Shown in pieces: positions 11,017 to 21,700 of a DNA stretch of 64,000 nt (the stretch's first letter is position 1; each line of letters begins with the position of its first letter). Made by a program: the position numbers and the translations under genes. Location: contig CBDCJO010000002.1 in NCBI GenBank assembly GCA_965217865.1, positions 2,272,001 to 2,336,000 on the forward strand, in the 5' to 3' direction. The notes beneath the pieces were generated by a model, which was not told the DNA's origin, did not search any database, and saw only the letters and a program-made list of their open reading frames with translations. Source of the DNA: Candidatus Latescibacterota bacterium. Lineage in GTDB: Bacteria; Latescibacterota; UBA2968; SICM01.

Positions 11017-11448
11017 ATGAGACGAAAGACAAAAGTTGTGCTCTGCCTGAGCGTGATCGTGGCGTGTCTGGTCTATCTGGTCGTCTCGGGTTTCCAGGGT
11101 GCTTCGGTCTTCTTCTTCACCGTGAGTGAACTCCAGGCCAAAGAGGCGACGATTGGGGGGCAGCGGGTGAAGGTGGCCGGAAAGGTCGTAGACGGGTCGA
11201 TCGAACAGGACAAAGGCACGATGAAGGTCAGCTTCCAGGCTGAAGAGGGCGGACATATCCTTCCGGTTACTTACAAAGGAATCGTTCCGGATACTTTTAA
11301 GGATGGGGCAGAAGTCGTCGTGGAGGGGAAGAGTGGTGCGGACGGTGTGTTCCATGCGGATGTCTTGCTGGCCAAGTGCCCATCGAAATACGAGGGACTT
11401 GACCTGGAAGAGATGAAGAAGATGCGGGATTCGAATACGGATCTATAA
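11017..11448 (+). CDS. ccmE: cytochrome c maturation heme chaperone CcmE (CxxxY variant)
   Basis: N-terminal membrane anchor, YKGIVPDTFKDG and LLAKCPSKYE. Confidence 0.9.
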   Translation: MRRKTKVVLCLSVIVACLVYLVVSGFQGASVFFFTVSELQAKEATIGGQRVKVAGKVVDGSIEQDKGTMKVSFQAEEGGHILPVTYKGIVPDTFKDGAEVVVEGKSGADGVFHADVLLAKCPSKYEGLDLEEMKKMRDSNTDL

Positions 11449-11492
11449 GGCCTGTCCTTTTTAGGAAGGATAGCGTGCTTAGGAGGTAGGAA

Positions 11493-12806
11493 ATGGGCAA
11501 AGATTCGTTGACCATTACAGATAATCGGACCGGTAAGTCATACGAAGCACCGATTTTTTATGGGACTTATCCTCACTACGGTGCGGCGATCAATGCGTCT
11601 ATTTTCAGGCAGATCAAAGACTCGGACGAAGATTTCGGCCTCCTGAGTTATGACCCCGGTTACCGGAACACGGCCTCGTGCAAAAGCGATGTTACCTTCA
11701 TCGACGGAGAGAAGGGGATCCTCCGGTATCGCGGATACCCGATTGATCAACTTGCAGAGAAGAGCGAATACCTTGAAGTGGCCTATCTTCTTCTATCCGG
11801 AAGGCTTCCAAACGCTGAAGAATACAATTTATGGACCGTGAAAATCAAATCTCATTCCATGCTCCACGAAAGCATTAAGAACCTCCTGGAAGGGTTCAGG
11901 TTCGGCTCCCATACCATGGGTATGCTTGTGGGGGTTCTGGGAGCCAAGTCCACCTTCTATCCCGATGCGCGGGATATTTCTGATCCGGAGGTCATGGATC
12001 TTCACATCTCCCGTCTGGTCAGCAAGATTGCCATTGTCGCGGCCTATGGCTACCGGCACAGCCGGGGGTTCCCCTATATCTATCCCGATCAGGACATGAG
12101 CTATTGTGGAAATGTCCTGAATATGCTCTTCGCCCAGCCCGGAGAGAAATATACCCCCGATCCTATACTCGAGCGGGCATTGAATGTCCTTTTTATCCTG
12201 CACGCCGACCACGAGCAGAACTGCAGTGCAAGCGTCATGCGCAACATCGGGAGTTCGCTCGCGGATCCTTATTCGTCCCTTGCCGGGGCCGCGGCTGCCC
12301 TTTACGGCTCGAGACACGGCGGGGCAAACGAAGCTGTGCTCAGGATGCTGACGGAGATCGGATCGATAAAGAATGTGCCGGCGTATATCGAGCGAGCCAA
12401 GAAAAAGGAGGTTCTCGTACAGGGCTTCGGCCACGCCGTTTATAGGAATTACGATCCAAGGGCTGCGGTCATTAAAAAGACGGCGTACGAGGTGTTCGAG
12501 GTAACCGGAAAAAACCCGCTGATCGACATCGCCCTGGAGTTGGAGCGGATCGCCCTGGAGGACGAGTATTTTGTCTCCCGGAAGCTGTATCCAAATGTCG
12601 ATTTCTACTCCGGTATCATTTACCAGGCGATGGGGCTACCGTTCGATATGTATCCGGTGTTGTTTGCGATTCCCCGGACGTCCGGATGGCTGGCGCAATG
12701 GAAGGAGATGATGTTGGATAAAGAGGCGGGAGGGATCGCCCGTCCCAGGCAGATCTACACGGGGGAGGACAAGAAGGATTTCGTGCCGATCGAAAAGCGG
12801 GGGTAG
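11493..12806 (+). CDS. gltA: citrate synthase
   Basis: LHADHEQNCS, HGGANE, GFGHAVY..YDPRA, YPNVDFYSG, IARPRQIY. RBS AGGAGG. Confidence 0.95.
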   Translation: MGKDSLTITDNRTGKSYEAPIFYGTYPHYGAAINASIFRQIKDSDEDFGLLSYDPGYRNTASCKSDVTFIDGEKGILRYRGYPIDQLAEKSEYLEVAYLLLSGRLPNAEEYNLWTVKIKSHSMLHESIKNLLEGFRFGSHTMGMLVGVLGAKSTFYPDARDISDPEVMDLHISRLVSKIAIVAAYGYRHSRGFPYIYPDQDMSYCGNVLNMLFAQPGEKYTPDPILERALNVLFILHADHEQNCSASVMRNIGSSLADPYSSLAGAAAALYGSRHGGANEAVLRMLTEIGSIKNVPAYIERAKKKEVLVQGFGHAVYRNYDPRAAVIKKTAYEVFEVTGKNPLIDIALELERIALEDEYFVSRKLYPNVDFYSGIIYQAMGLPFDMYPVLFAIPRTSGWLAQWKEMMLDKEAGGIARPRQIYTGEDKKDFVPIEKRG

Positions 12807-12813
12807 GGAGTGG

Positions 12814-12858
12814 GACCCTTCCGCCCATCCCCACCGGAATACAGAATACAGAAGAAGA
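12814..12858 (+). repeat. ~50-bp dispersed repeat, copy 1
   Basis: GACCCTTCCGCCCATCCCCACCGGAATACAGAATACAGAAGAAGA. Related copies at 25886-25938 and 59983-60036 on the minus strand. Confidence 0.75.
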
Positions 12859-12978
12859 AATAAAAACGGAAATCGGGGGCCGGAGGTGGGAAGTCAGGGC
12901 CAGGGAAGTCAAAACCGATAGATAGGGATCAGCTGTGGAGAAGGGACCGTGATTTGAAGTCTTGGTGAGTGAGATATA

Positions 12979-13022
12979 GGCCGGCGGAGGTCTCGGAAGG
13001 GGAGATTTCGCCGGTCTTTTTT
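12979..13022 (+). terminator. intrinsic terminator after ccmE-gltA
   Basis: GGCCGGCGGAGGTCTC / GAGATTTCGCCGGTC stem (with G-U pairs) followed by a T tract. Confidence 0.7.
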
Positions 13023-13073
13023 GTGTCGAACCCCAGGGTCAACCTGGCGAAGCAGTGCCTCTTCGCAAATTGT

Positions 13074-16000
13074 CTAATCAACACTCCTCCGACGAAGCTC
13101 CCACTCCTTCCAGATCGCGTAGATTGCCGGGATGACGACCAGGGTCAGGATCGTGGAGGAGACCATCCCGCCCACCATCGGTGCGGCGATCCGCTTCATC
13201 ACCTGAGACCCGGCCCCGTGGCCCCACATAATGGGAAGCAGGCCGGCCATAATCGCCGTTACCGTCATCATCTTGGGCCGCACCCTTTCAACCGCACCGA
13301 TCATAATCAACTCGTAGATGTCTTTTATCCCCATCCCCCTGCCCTTCTCCCGGCGCATCGCTTCGTAGGCGTGGTCCAGGTAAATCAGCATGACCACCCC
13401 GGTCTCCGCGGCGACTCCTCCGAGGGCGATAAAGCCCACCCCCACAGCGATGCTCATATTATAATCCAGGAGGTACATTAGCCAGATGCCGCCGACCAGG
13501 GAAAACGGGAGGGAGAGCATCACAATCAGGCTTTCTGTCACATTCCGGAAGTTCAAAAAGAGAAGCAGGAAGATAATCCCGAGCGTCACAGGCACGACCA
13601 CCCTCAGCCGTTTTTCCGCCCGCTGCATGTATTCGTATTGCCCGCTCCAGATCACGGTATAGCCCGGGGGCATTTCCACGTTCTCGAGGACGGCCTGCTG
13701 CGCGCGTGTCACGTAAGTCCCCACGTCGATCCCCTTGATATCGACGTAGATCCAGGCGTTCAGGCGGGCGTTCTCGCTCTTGATACCGGGAGGGCCTTTC
13801 CGGATGCGAATGTCCGCCAACTGCCCCATGGGCACCTGAGCGCCGGTCGGCGTGGGTACAAGCACCCGCCTCAGGGACGGCAGGTTGTCGCGAAGCTCCC
13901 GGCCGTAGCGCAGGTTGACCGGATAACGCTCCAGACCCTCCACGGTGTAGGTGATGTTCATTCCCCCGACGGCCGACATGATAACGTCCTGTACGTCCCC
14001 CACGACCAGCCCGTATCGCGCGGCAGCCTCCCTATCGATCTCGAAATCCAGATAGTTCCCCCCGGCCACCCGTTCGGCATAGACGCTGAGCGTCCCGGGC
14101 AGCCGACGGACGACCTTCTCGATCTTTTGGCCCAGCCGCTGGAGGATATCCAGATCATCCCCCACGACCTTGATGCCGACCGGTGTCTTGATGCCGGTGG
14201 AAAGCATATCGATCCGGGTCTTGATCGGCATCGTCCAGGTGTTCGTCAGGCCGGGAAACTGAAGGGCTGCGTTGAGCTCATCGACAAGCTTCTCGGGTGT
14301 CATCCCGGGCCGCCACTGGTCCTCCGGCTTGAGCATGATCGTGGTCTCGATCATAGACAAGGGGGCGGGATCGGTGGCGGTCTCCGCTCTGCCGATCTTC
14401 CCGAACACTTGGTGCACCTCCGGGAAGGTCCTGATGATTTTGTCGGTCTGCTGGAGGAGCTCTCGCGCCTTGGTGACCGAGACCCCCGGGAGCGTGGTCG
14501 GCATGTAGAGGAGGTCCCCCTCGTATAGGGGAGGCATAAACTCCGACCCGATCTTCTCAAGGGGAAATAGCCGTCCCAGCTTTACGAGCGCCCGGTAGGT
14601 GACGCTCCGGGGGTCGTCGGACAAAGGGGCCAGGACCACTCTTTCAAAAGGGAAAACGGTCATGAGAAGAATAAAGCCGGCAATAGCGATCGTAGATCCT
14701 TTGTGGCCGAGCACCCAGTCGATGACAGGACGGTAGATCCATATCAGGAAGCGGTTGACGGGGTTCTTCCTCTCGGGCAAAATCCGCCCTCGGATGAAGT
14801 AGCCCATCAGTACGGGGACGACGGTGATGGCCAACAGGGCGGAAGCGGCCATCGCGAATGTCTTGGTAAAGGCCAGGGGCTTGAACAGCCGGCCCTCCTG
14901 GGCCTGCAGTGAGAAGACGGGCAGGAACGAAAGGGTGATGATCAGAAGGGAGTAGAACAAGGCAGGCCCGACCTCTTTGGAAGCGTCTCGGATGATTTCC
15001 CAGTGATCTTTCTTTCCGCCGTCGCGCTCGATGTGCTTGTGCGCATTTTCGATCATCACGATTGCGGCATCCACCATCGCCCCGATCGCGATGGCGATCC
15101 CCCCCAGGGACATGATGTTCGCGTTGATCCCCTGATTCAACATCACGATGAAGGAGATGAGGATGGCCATCGGAAGGGTGAAGATGGCCACGAAGGCGCT
15201 TCTGAAGTGAAGCAGGAAGAGGAGGCAGACCAGCGCGACCACGGCGCTCTCTTCGATCAGCTTCCACTTCAGGTTGTCGATCGCCCGCCTGATCAGGTTG
15301 GATCGGTCGTATGCCGTCCTGATCGCCACCCCTTCTGGCAGCCCGGGCTTCAAACTCTCCAGTTTTTTCTTCACCCGATCGATCACGGCAAGGGCGTTTT
15401 CCCCGTAGCGCATCACCACGATGCCCCCAACGATTTCCCCTTCGCCGTTCCATTCGGCCAAACCCCTCCGCAACTCGGGCCCTGTCTGAACGGTTGCGAT
15501 ATCTCGGACTCGAATCGGCGTCCCATTTTTGTCCACACCCAACGGGACGCTTCGGATGTCGTCGAGGGATCGGATGTAACCCAGACCTCTCACCATAAAC
15601 TCGGTCTCTCCCATCTCGATCAGACGTCCGCCGACGTCGTTGTTGCTGCGCCGGATAGCCGTCCGGATCTTCTGCAAGGGGATGTTGAATGCCACGAGTT
15701 TATTCGGGTCTACGGTTACCTGGTACTGTTTTACGAATCCTCCGATGCTGGCCACCTCGGAGACACCCGGGACGCTGGTGAGCTCATAGCGCAGGTACCA
15801 ATCCTGGATCGAACGCAACTCGGCCAGGTCGTGCCTCCCGGTCGTATCCTCCAGGACATACTCGTAGACCCAGCCCACGCCCGTCGCATCAGGCCCGAGG
15901 GTCGGGTTTACCCCCTGGGGTAGCCTGCCGGACACGAAGTTGAGGTATTCCAGGACGCGGCTGCGGGCCCAGTACATATCCGTACCGTCCTCGAAGATCA

Positions 16001-16283
16001 CGTAAACGAAAGACAGCCCGAAGAATGAATAACCCCGGACGACTTTGGCAAAAGGCACCGCGAGCATGGCCGTGGTCAGGGGATAGGTGATCTGGTCCTC
16101 CACCACCTGGGGGGCCTGCCCCGGGTACTCCGTGAAGATGATGACCTGCACATCCGAAAGGTCCGGGATCGCGTCCAGGGGAGTATCCCACATCGCATAG
16201 ACTCCCCACCCGATGGTGAACAGGGTCCCGAGTACGATCAGGAACCGGTTTCGCAGACTTGCGTCGATGATTTTGTTCAACAT
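13074..16283 (-). CDS. cusA: CusA/CzcA family heavy-metal efflux RND permease
   Basis: DAIPDLSDVQVI, GPDATGVGW, GSEFMP, RVRPKMMT, RIAAPMVGGM. 1069 aa. Confidence 0.95.
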   Translation of the reverse strand: MLNKIIDASLRNRFLIVLGTLFTIGWGVYAMWDTPLDAIPDLSDVQVIIFTEYPGQAPQVVEDQITYPLTTAMLAVPFAKVVRGYSFFGLSFVYVIFEDGTDMYWARSRVLEYLNFVSGRLPQGVNPTLGPDATGVGWVYEYVLEDTTGRHDLAELRSIQDWYLRYELTSVPGVSEVASIGGFVKQYQVTVDPNKLVAFNIPLQKIRTAIRRSNNDVGGRLIEMGETEFMVRGLGYIRSLDDIRSVPLGVDKNGTPIRVRDIATVQTGPELRRGLAEWNGEGEIVGGIVVMRYGENALAVIDRVKKKLESLKPGLPEGVAIRTAYDRSNLIRRAIDNLKWKLIEESAVVALVCLLFLLHFRSAFVAIFTLPMAILISFIVMLNQGINANIMSLGGIAIAIGAMVDAAIVMIENAHKHIERDGGKKDHWEIIRDASKEVGPALFYSLLIITLSFLPVFSLQAQEGRLFKPLAFTKTFAMAASALLAITVVPVLMGYFIRGRILPERKNPVNRFLIWIYRPVIDWVLGHKGSTIAIAGFILLMTVFPFERVVLAPLSDDPRSVTYRALVKLGRLFPLEKIGSEFMPPLYEGDLLYMPTTLPGVSVTKARELLQQTDKIIRTFPEVHQVFGKIGRAETATDPAPLSMIETTIMLKPEDQWRPGMTPEKLVDELNAALQFPGLTNTWTMPIKTRIDMLSTGIKTPVGIKVVGDDLDILQRLGQKIEKVVRRLPGTLSVYAERVAGGNYLDFEIDREAAARYGLVVGDVQDVIMSAVGGMNITYTVEGLERYPVNLRYGRELRDNLPSLRRVLVPTPTGAQVPMGQLADIRIRKGPPGIKSENARLNAWIYVDIKGIDVGTYVTRAQQAVLENVEMPPGYTVIWSGQYEYMQRAEKRLRVVVPVTLGIIFLLLFLNFRNVTESLIVMLSLPFSLVGGIWLMYLLDYNMSIAVGVGFIALGGVAAETGVVMLIYLDHAYEAMRREKGRGMGIKDIYELIMIGAVERVRPKMMTVTAIMAGLLPIMWGHGAGSQVMKRIAAPMVGGMVSSTILTLVVIPAIYAIWKEWELRRRSVD

Positions 16284-16298
16284 GGCAAAAAAGCGGGC

Positions 16299-16340
16299 AA
16301 ACGTCAGACGTCAAACGTGAGACGGCAGACGGCAGACGGA
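16299..16340 (+). repeat. heptamer tract (TCAGACG/TCAAACG/TGAGACG/GCAGACG)
   Basis: Five to six degenerate nnARACG units between cusB and cusA, oriented opposite to the flanking genes. Confidence 0.7.
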
Positions 16341-16419
16341 AGATCTATTTGTCGGTGCGGAGAACCTCTCCTAAAAACACGTGAAGCGTAAAACAGCCCG
16401 GAATGGTCTTGACGGTCCT

Positions 16420-17835
16420 CTAATGCTGGTTCCCGGCCGGAATCGACTCCTTCTCCTTACCATCCGGTTTTTCCTCGGACATGGCCGACAAAGCGGCATT
16501 CAGGTTGCTTTCCGAATCGATCAGGAACTGAGCGGAGGTCACGATCCGCTCCCCTTCCTTCAACCCGTTGATCACTTCGTGGACGCTTTCCGCCTCGGCA
16601 CCCAGGACAATCTCCCGGGGGAGAAAACGCCCTTCCCCCAGATCCAGGATGACCAGATTCCGCTCGCCTGAACGGATCACCGCCTGGGCGGGCACGACCA
16701 GCGCATCCCGGGATACTAACGGCTTGATCTTCACGTTTGCGTACATCCCGGGTTTCAGGCTCATGTCGGGATTCGGGAAGACCATTCGTACCTTTACGGT
16801 CCGCGTTTTAGACTCCAGAAAGGGATAGATGTAAGTGACCTTTCCCCGGAAGGTCCTTCCAGGTTCATAGGCCAGTTCCACCTCCGCTTCCTGACCTTCC
16901 TTAATCCAGGGCAGCTCGTACTCGTAGATATCGGCGTAAATCCAGACACGGGAGAGGTCCGCGATCCGGTAGAGGTGTTCTCCCGCCTTGATATGCGCCC
17001 CGTCAAAGACCGCCTTGTGAACCACCACCCCCTCCTGAGGGGAATGGATCGTCATGGTCCGTTTTACCTTCCGACTCAGCTCCAGCTCGGCGATCTGGTC
17101 CTGCCGGATGTCCCAATAGAGCAATCTCTGCTTCGCAGAATGAAGAAGATCCTGACCCCCTTCCGCAATCTCCGCTGCCGCGCTTTTCGCCAATCGCCGA
17201 CTGTAGTCCAAGGCGGTAAGGTATTCCTCTTGTGCAGCCACGAGTTCGGGGCTATAGATCTCCAACAGGCGCTCCCCTTTTTTAACCGATTGCCCGGTGT
17301 AGTCCACGAACAATTTTTCCACCCACCCGTCAATCTTGGTGTTCACGTCCGTCATCCGGGTCTCGTCGTAGTCCACACGGCCCACGGTGCGAACGGTCCG
17401 CGCCAGGGACTGCCGCTTCACCACCGTGGTCTTTACTCCGATGTTCTGCACGGTCGCCGGATCGATCTTCACGCCGGCTCCGCCTGCCATCACCTCGTCC
17501 TCGTAAACCGGAATAAGGTCCATCCCCATCGGAGATACCCCGGGCATATCCGAGATATAGTTCGGATCCATCGGCGCCCGCCAGTGGAGGATTTTCCGCT
17601 CTTTGGAAACGACTTCATCTTCGTGAAGGTGGCCCCCTTCGTCTTTTACCAGGTCCATCCCGCAGACTGGACAGACCCCAGGCCTCTCTGATGTGTAAGT
17701 CGGGTGCATCTGACACCGGTAGATCTCCATCTCCTTCCCAACAAGCCCAACCCCATCATCCCCTCCCATCCAGAACCCCAAGCCCAGGCCAATCCCCAAG
17801 GCAAGAACAAACACGAGAGTCGGCTTTGTTTTCAT
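16420..17835 (-). CDS. cusB: CusB-like efflux RND periplasmic adaptor with N-terminal heavy-metal-binding domains
   Basis: YRCQMHP..CPVCGMDL, WRAPMDP..SPMGMDL, IYSPELVAAQEE, LKPGMYA, QFLIDSES. Confidence 0.9.
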   Translation of the reverse strand: MKTKPTLVFVLALGIGLGLGFWMGGDDGVGLVGKEMEIYRCQMHPTYTSERPGVCPVCGMDLVKDEGGHLHEDEVVSKERKILHWRAPMDPNYISDMPGVSPMGMDLIPVYEDEVMAGGAGVKIDPATVQNIGVKTTVVKRQSLARTVRTVGRVDYDETRMTDVNTKIDGWVEKLFVDYTGQSVKKGERLLEIYSPELVAAQEEYLTALDYSRRLAKSAAAEIAEGGQDLLHSAKQRLLYWDIRQDQIAELELSRKVKRTMTIHSPQEGVVVHKAVFDGAHIKAGEHLYRIADLSRVWIYADIYEYELPWIKEGQEAEVELAYEPGRTFRGKVTYIYPFLESKTRTVKVRMVFPNPDMSLKPGMYANVKIKPLVSRDALVVPAQAVIRSGERNLVILDLGEGRFLPREIVLGAEAESVHEVINGLKEGERIVTSAQFLIDSESNLNAALSAMSEEKPDGKEKESIPAGNQH

Positions 17836-17930
17836 GAAAACACTCCAGTTGAATTCATTGACAAACGGTAAGCCAAACAGAAACACTTGTTCGTCATTCG
17901 TGATTTTTGTGATACAGTATGGTTTTGACG

Positions 17931-19202
17931 TTAGAAAATGCGCTTTCCGACTATGGCCTCCAATTCGGCGAGTTGCTTTTCGTGGTTCGTCACGTGCCGA
18001 TAGTAGTCGATTTCAAAATTGAACAAGGTCACCTGATTATCCAGGAGGGTCAGGAAGTCGACTTTGTCCACCTGGTAGCCGGCCATTGCGGACTCAAATG
18101 ACTGCTCGGCCTGGGGGAGTATCGCGGTACGGAACAGTTCCGCCTGTTCCCCGTGCTTATCGATATCCAGGTTGATCGTGCGCACCTGAAAAAGGATGCG
18201 CTGTCTCGCCGCCTCGTGTTGCGCCTGGGCCATACGTGTGTTTGCTTGAGCCTCCTGAACCCGGCGTCCCTGTTTGCGCCCGCTGTACAGGGGGAGATTC
18301 AGATCCACCCCGAATGTCAGGAAATCGCTACCCCTAACGGGATCGACTGGCATGAACGATCGCTGTCGGTAGCTAAAGCTGAAGTTGAAACTTGGCCAGT
18401 AGGCTCTGCGGGCGAAAATCTCCGCGGCTTTCCACTGGCTGATGGTGCTGGCGATTCCCTTCAGAAGGGGCCGGCTTTCGAGTGCCGCCCTCTGCATCTC
18501 TTCAAGGGGGACGCTGAACGGTGTCAGGACAATCTGACCAGGAATCCCGACAGGTTCCTGGGGGGAGTGATTGAGGACAAGGTTCAACCCGGCTTCAGCC
18601 GTTTTGCGCCTCTGCCTGAGGACGATCAACCGATCCATCAAAGCCGAGAGGGACACCTGCGCTTTGAGGACGTCCTGCTGGAGGCCGCGTCCAACTGAAT
18701 ACTTCGCCTGAGCGATCCGGATAAAGTCCTTAAGCAAGGCCTTGTTCTTCTCCGTAGTCTCGATCGCCCTATCCAGGAATGCCAGGTCAAAATAGGCCTG
18801 CTTGACGAGGTTTACAATCGTACCCTCCCGATCCCGGAAGGTCTCTTCGGCAGCCCCAGCAGCGTGCCTGGCCACCCTTTCTTTCGCGGAGCGTGTACCG
18901 GGGAAGGGGATCCTCTGGCTGACGGCGATTAACTTACCCGACATGGGGGTGCTGTCGAAGTCGAAGGAACTGGACGGGAGGTTCACCGCATCGAACCGGA
19001 GAATCGGATCGTCCAGGGCCCCGGCCTGGGGGACCCGTGCATCAAACGCCTCCCACCGGGCTTTCAAAACCGCCAGTTCGGGATTATTTTCCAGTGCCTG
19101 AACGATCAGCGCGTTGAGATCCAGTTCTTCTGCCTTCAGAGCGCCGGAGGGGAGGAGTATCAGAGCGGAAAATATCGAAATGGATTTTTTGAGGCGTTTC
19201 AC
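17931..19202 (-). CDS. TolC family outer-membrane efflux protein (CusC-like)
   Basis: Signal peptide, ALENNPEL, SQRIPFPG, helical repeats. Lies directly upstream of cusB. Confidence 0.88.
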   Translation of the reverse strand: MKRLKKSISIFSALILLPSGALKAEELDLNALIVQALENNPELAVLKARWEAFDARVPQAGALDDPILRFDAVNLPSSSFDFDSTPMSGKLIAVSQRIPFPGTRSAKERVARHAAGAAEETFRDREGTIVNLVKQAYFDLAFLDRAIETTEKNKALLKDFIRIAQAKYSVGRGLQQDVLKAQVSLSALMDRLIVLRQRRKTAEAGLNLVLNHSPQEPVGIPGQIVLTPFSVPLEEMQRAALESRPLLKGIASTISQWKAAEIFARRAYWPSFNFSFSYRQRSFMPVDPVRGSDFLTFGVDLNLPLYSGRKQGRRVQEAQANTRMAQAQHEAARQRILFQVRTINLDIDKHGEQAELFRTAILPQAEQSFESAMAGYQVDKVDFLTLLDNQVTLFNFEIDYYRHVTNHEKQLAELEAIVGKRIF

Positions 19203-19262
19203 GTGGTTTCCTTTCCGTTTGTTAACCGGAATAGCTCCCTCTGAGGAGCGAGCCCACAGGTT

Positions 19263-21548
19263 TCAAAGTGCCAATTTGCGCAGCCTCAGGGCGTTGCCGA
19301 TGACGGACAAAGAGCTGAAGGTCATGGCCGCACTGGCGATCATGGGGCTGAGCAGGAGGCCGATTGCGGGATAGAGAATTCCTGCGGCAATGGGGACCCC
19401 GAGGAGGTTGTAGATGAAGGCGAAAAAGAGGTTCTGCCTGATATTCCTCATGGTTCCCCGGCTGAGCCTGCGGGCCCGTGCGATGCCCCGCAGATCCCCC
19501 TTCACGAGTGTCACCCCGGCGCTCTCCATAGCCACTTCAGTTCCCGTGCCCATTGCGATCCCGACGTGAGCCTGGGCGAGGGCCGGGGCATCGTTGATCC
19601 CATCGCCGGCCATTGCCACGACGCTTCCTTCGGCTTGAAGACGCTTCACCACATCGACTTTGCCTGCAGGTAGGACTTCGGCTTCCACGCCGTCGATTCC
19701 AAGCTCAAGGGCTACGGCCTCGGCCGTCCTACGATTGTCTCCGGTGAGCATGATGATCCGGATCCCTTCCCGCTGCAGCATTCCGATGGCTTCGTTCGTG
19801 GACGCCTTGATCGTGTCCGTTATCCCCAGAAAGCCTGCGGGCTGATTGTCGATGATGACGAACATCACGGTCTGGCCTTCCTGAAGTAATTTCTCACTCT
19901 TTTCAAGGAGCGGTCCCGGCTCTATGGCCAGTTCCTCGAGGAGCTTGCGGTTGCCTATCACCACGGACCGGCCTTCAACCGTGCCGATCACACCCTGACC
20001 GGTGATGGAGCGGAAGCCTTCCGCCTCCTGGAGTTCAATGTTTCTCTCTCGAGAGGCGGAGACGATTGCATCAGCAAGGGGATGTTCGCTCCCGCGTTCC
20101 AGGCTCGCAGCGAACCTGATGATCTCTGCCTCGTTGTGGCCATCCATGGGTATCACTGAGGTGAGGCGGGGCTTTCCCTCGGTGAGCGTGCCGGTCTTGT
20201 CCACGAGGATGGTGTCCACTTTTTCCAGGATTTCCAGGGCCTCCGCGGTCTTGATCAACACACCTGCAGTCGCTCCTCGGCCGGTCCCGACCATGATCGA
20301 CATCGGTGTGGCCAGCCCCAATGCGCAAGGGCACGCGATGATGAGCACGGCCACTGCGTTGACCAGGGCGTAGGCCATCGGCGGCTCCGGTCCGAAAAAG
20401 CCCCAGATGATGAAGGTGAAAACGGCCGCGGTGATGACCCCTGGGACGAAGTAGCCCGAGACGACATCCGCCAGGCGCTGAATCGGGGCCCGGCTGCGCT
20501 GGGCGTCGCTCACCATACGGACGATCTGGGCGAGGAGGGTTTCACTTCCCACCCGCTCGGCTCGGATCAGAAAGCTTGCCGTGCCGTTCAGGGTGCCGCC
20601 CGTGACTCCTGCCCCAGGGGTCTTCTCGGCAGGAATCGGCTCGCCTGTGACCATCGACTCGTCCACGGAACTAAAACCATCTACTACGACGCCGTCTACG
20701 GGGATCTTTTCTCCGGGTCGGACCCGGAGGAGATCGCCAGGTTCGACGCGATCCAGAGGGATATCCTCTTCGGTTCCATCGTCCGTGAGTATCCGCGCGG
20801 TCTTCGGCGCTAAGCCCAGGAGTGCCCTGATGGCGCTGCTGGTACGGCTGCGGGCCCGCAGCTCGAGCACCTGCCCGAGGAGCACCAGGGTTGTGATGAC
20901 CGCGGCCGCCTCGAAGTAGACATCCGGGACACCGTGGTGACTGCGGAAGGAATCGGGAAAGATGTCCGGGAACACGGCCGCAACCAGACTGTAGAAGTAT
21001 GCCGCACCGGTGCCGACGGCGATGAGGGTAAACATATTAAGGCTGCGATTGACGATCGATGTCCACCCCCGCTGGAAAAAGGGCCAGCCTCCCCAGAGGA
21101 CCACCGGGGTGGCCAGCCCGAGCTGCAACCAGACCCCGGAAAGGATTTCGAGGACGAGGCTATCCAGGACCATCTCGGACATCGCCAGGAAGAGGATCGG
21201 GGCCGTCAACACGAGGCACACCCAGAACCGGCGGTTTATATCGACCAATTCCGGATTGATTTCTTCCTTTTCACCCGCTGTTCGAGGTTCCAGGGCCATT
21301 CCGCATATCGGACAATCCCCGGGCTTCTCTCGGACGATCTCCGGATGCATCGGGCAGACATATTCCGTCCTGGGGGCCGAAGGGGTAACCATCAAGGGTT
21401 CGAGGGCCATACCACATTCGGGACAGACGCCCGGCTCGTGCTTGATGACATCAGGATGCATGGGGCAGGTGAATTCTTCGCCATTCCCATGGGTCCGAGG
21501 GGGTTGGCCATCCTCGGGAGGATGGTACACGTTTTCACGGTCGTTCAT
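19263..21548 (-). CDS. copA: copper-translocating P1B-type ATPase
   Basis: Two CPMHP..CPxCGM domains, [28 protein letters not shown] and MTFSS. Confidence 0.95.
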   Translation of the reverse strand: MNDRENVYHPPEDGQPPRTHGNGEEFTCPMHPDVIKHEPGVCPECGMALEPLMVTPSAPRTEYVCPMHPEIVREKPGDCPICGMALEPRTAGEKEEINPELVDINRRFWVCLVLTAPILFLAMSEMVLDSLVLEILSGVWLQLGLATPVVLWGGWPFFQRGWTSIVNRSLNMFTLIAVGTGAAYFYSLVAAVFPDIFPDSFRSHHGVPDVYFEAAAVITTLVLLGQVLELRARSRTSSAIRALLGLAPKTARILTDDGTEEDIPLDRVEPGDLLRVRPGEKIPVDGVVVDGFSSVDESMVTGEPIPAEKTPGAGVTGGTLNGTASFLIRAERVGSETLLAQIVRMVSDAQRSRAPIQRLADVVSGYFVPGVITAAVFTFIIWGFFGPEPPMAYALVNAVAVLIIACPCALGLATPMSIMVGTGRGATAGVLIKTAEALEILEKVDTILVDKTGTLTEGKPRLTSVIPMDGHNEAEIIRFAASLERGSEHPLADAIVSASRERNIELQEAEGFRSITGQGVIGTVEGRSVVIGNRKLLEELAIEPGPLLEKSEKLLQEGQTVMFVIIDNQPAGFLGITDTIKASTNEAIGMLQREGIRIIMLTGDNRRTAEAVALELGIDGVEAEVLPAGKVDVVKRLQAEGSVVAMAGDGINDAPALAQAHVGIAMGTGTEVAMESAGVTLVKGDLRGIARARRLSRGTMRNIRQNLFFAFIYNLLGVPIAAGILYPAIGLLLSPMIASAAMTFSSLSVIGNALRLRKLAL

Positions 21549-21700
21549 GACCGGACCTCGTTCTGGAGATTATACTTCGTGTAGCGAATGTCCGCGATGG
21601 CTGATAGACGTCAGGAATGGGCATCAATGGAAGTGGATAAACGAGACCACTCCATCGGCCTTATCGATATCGGTTTTAATCGTGTATGGGATGGTAAGGT

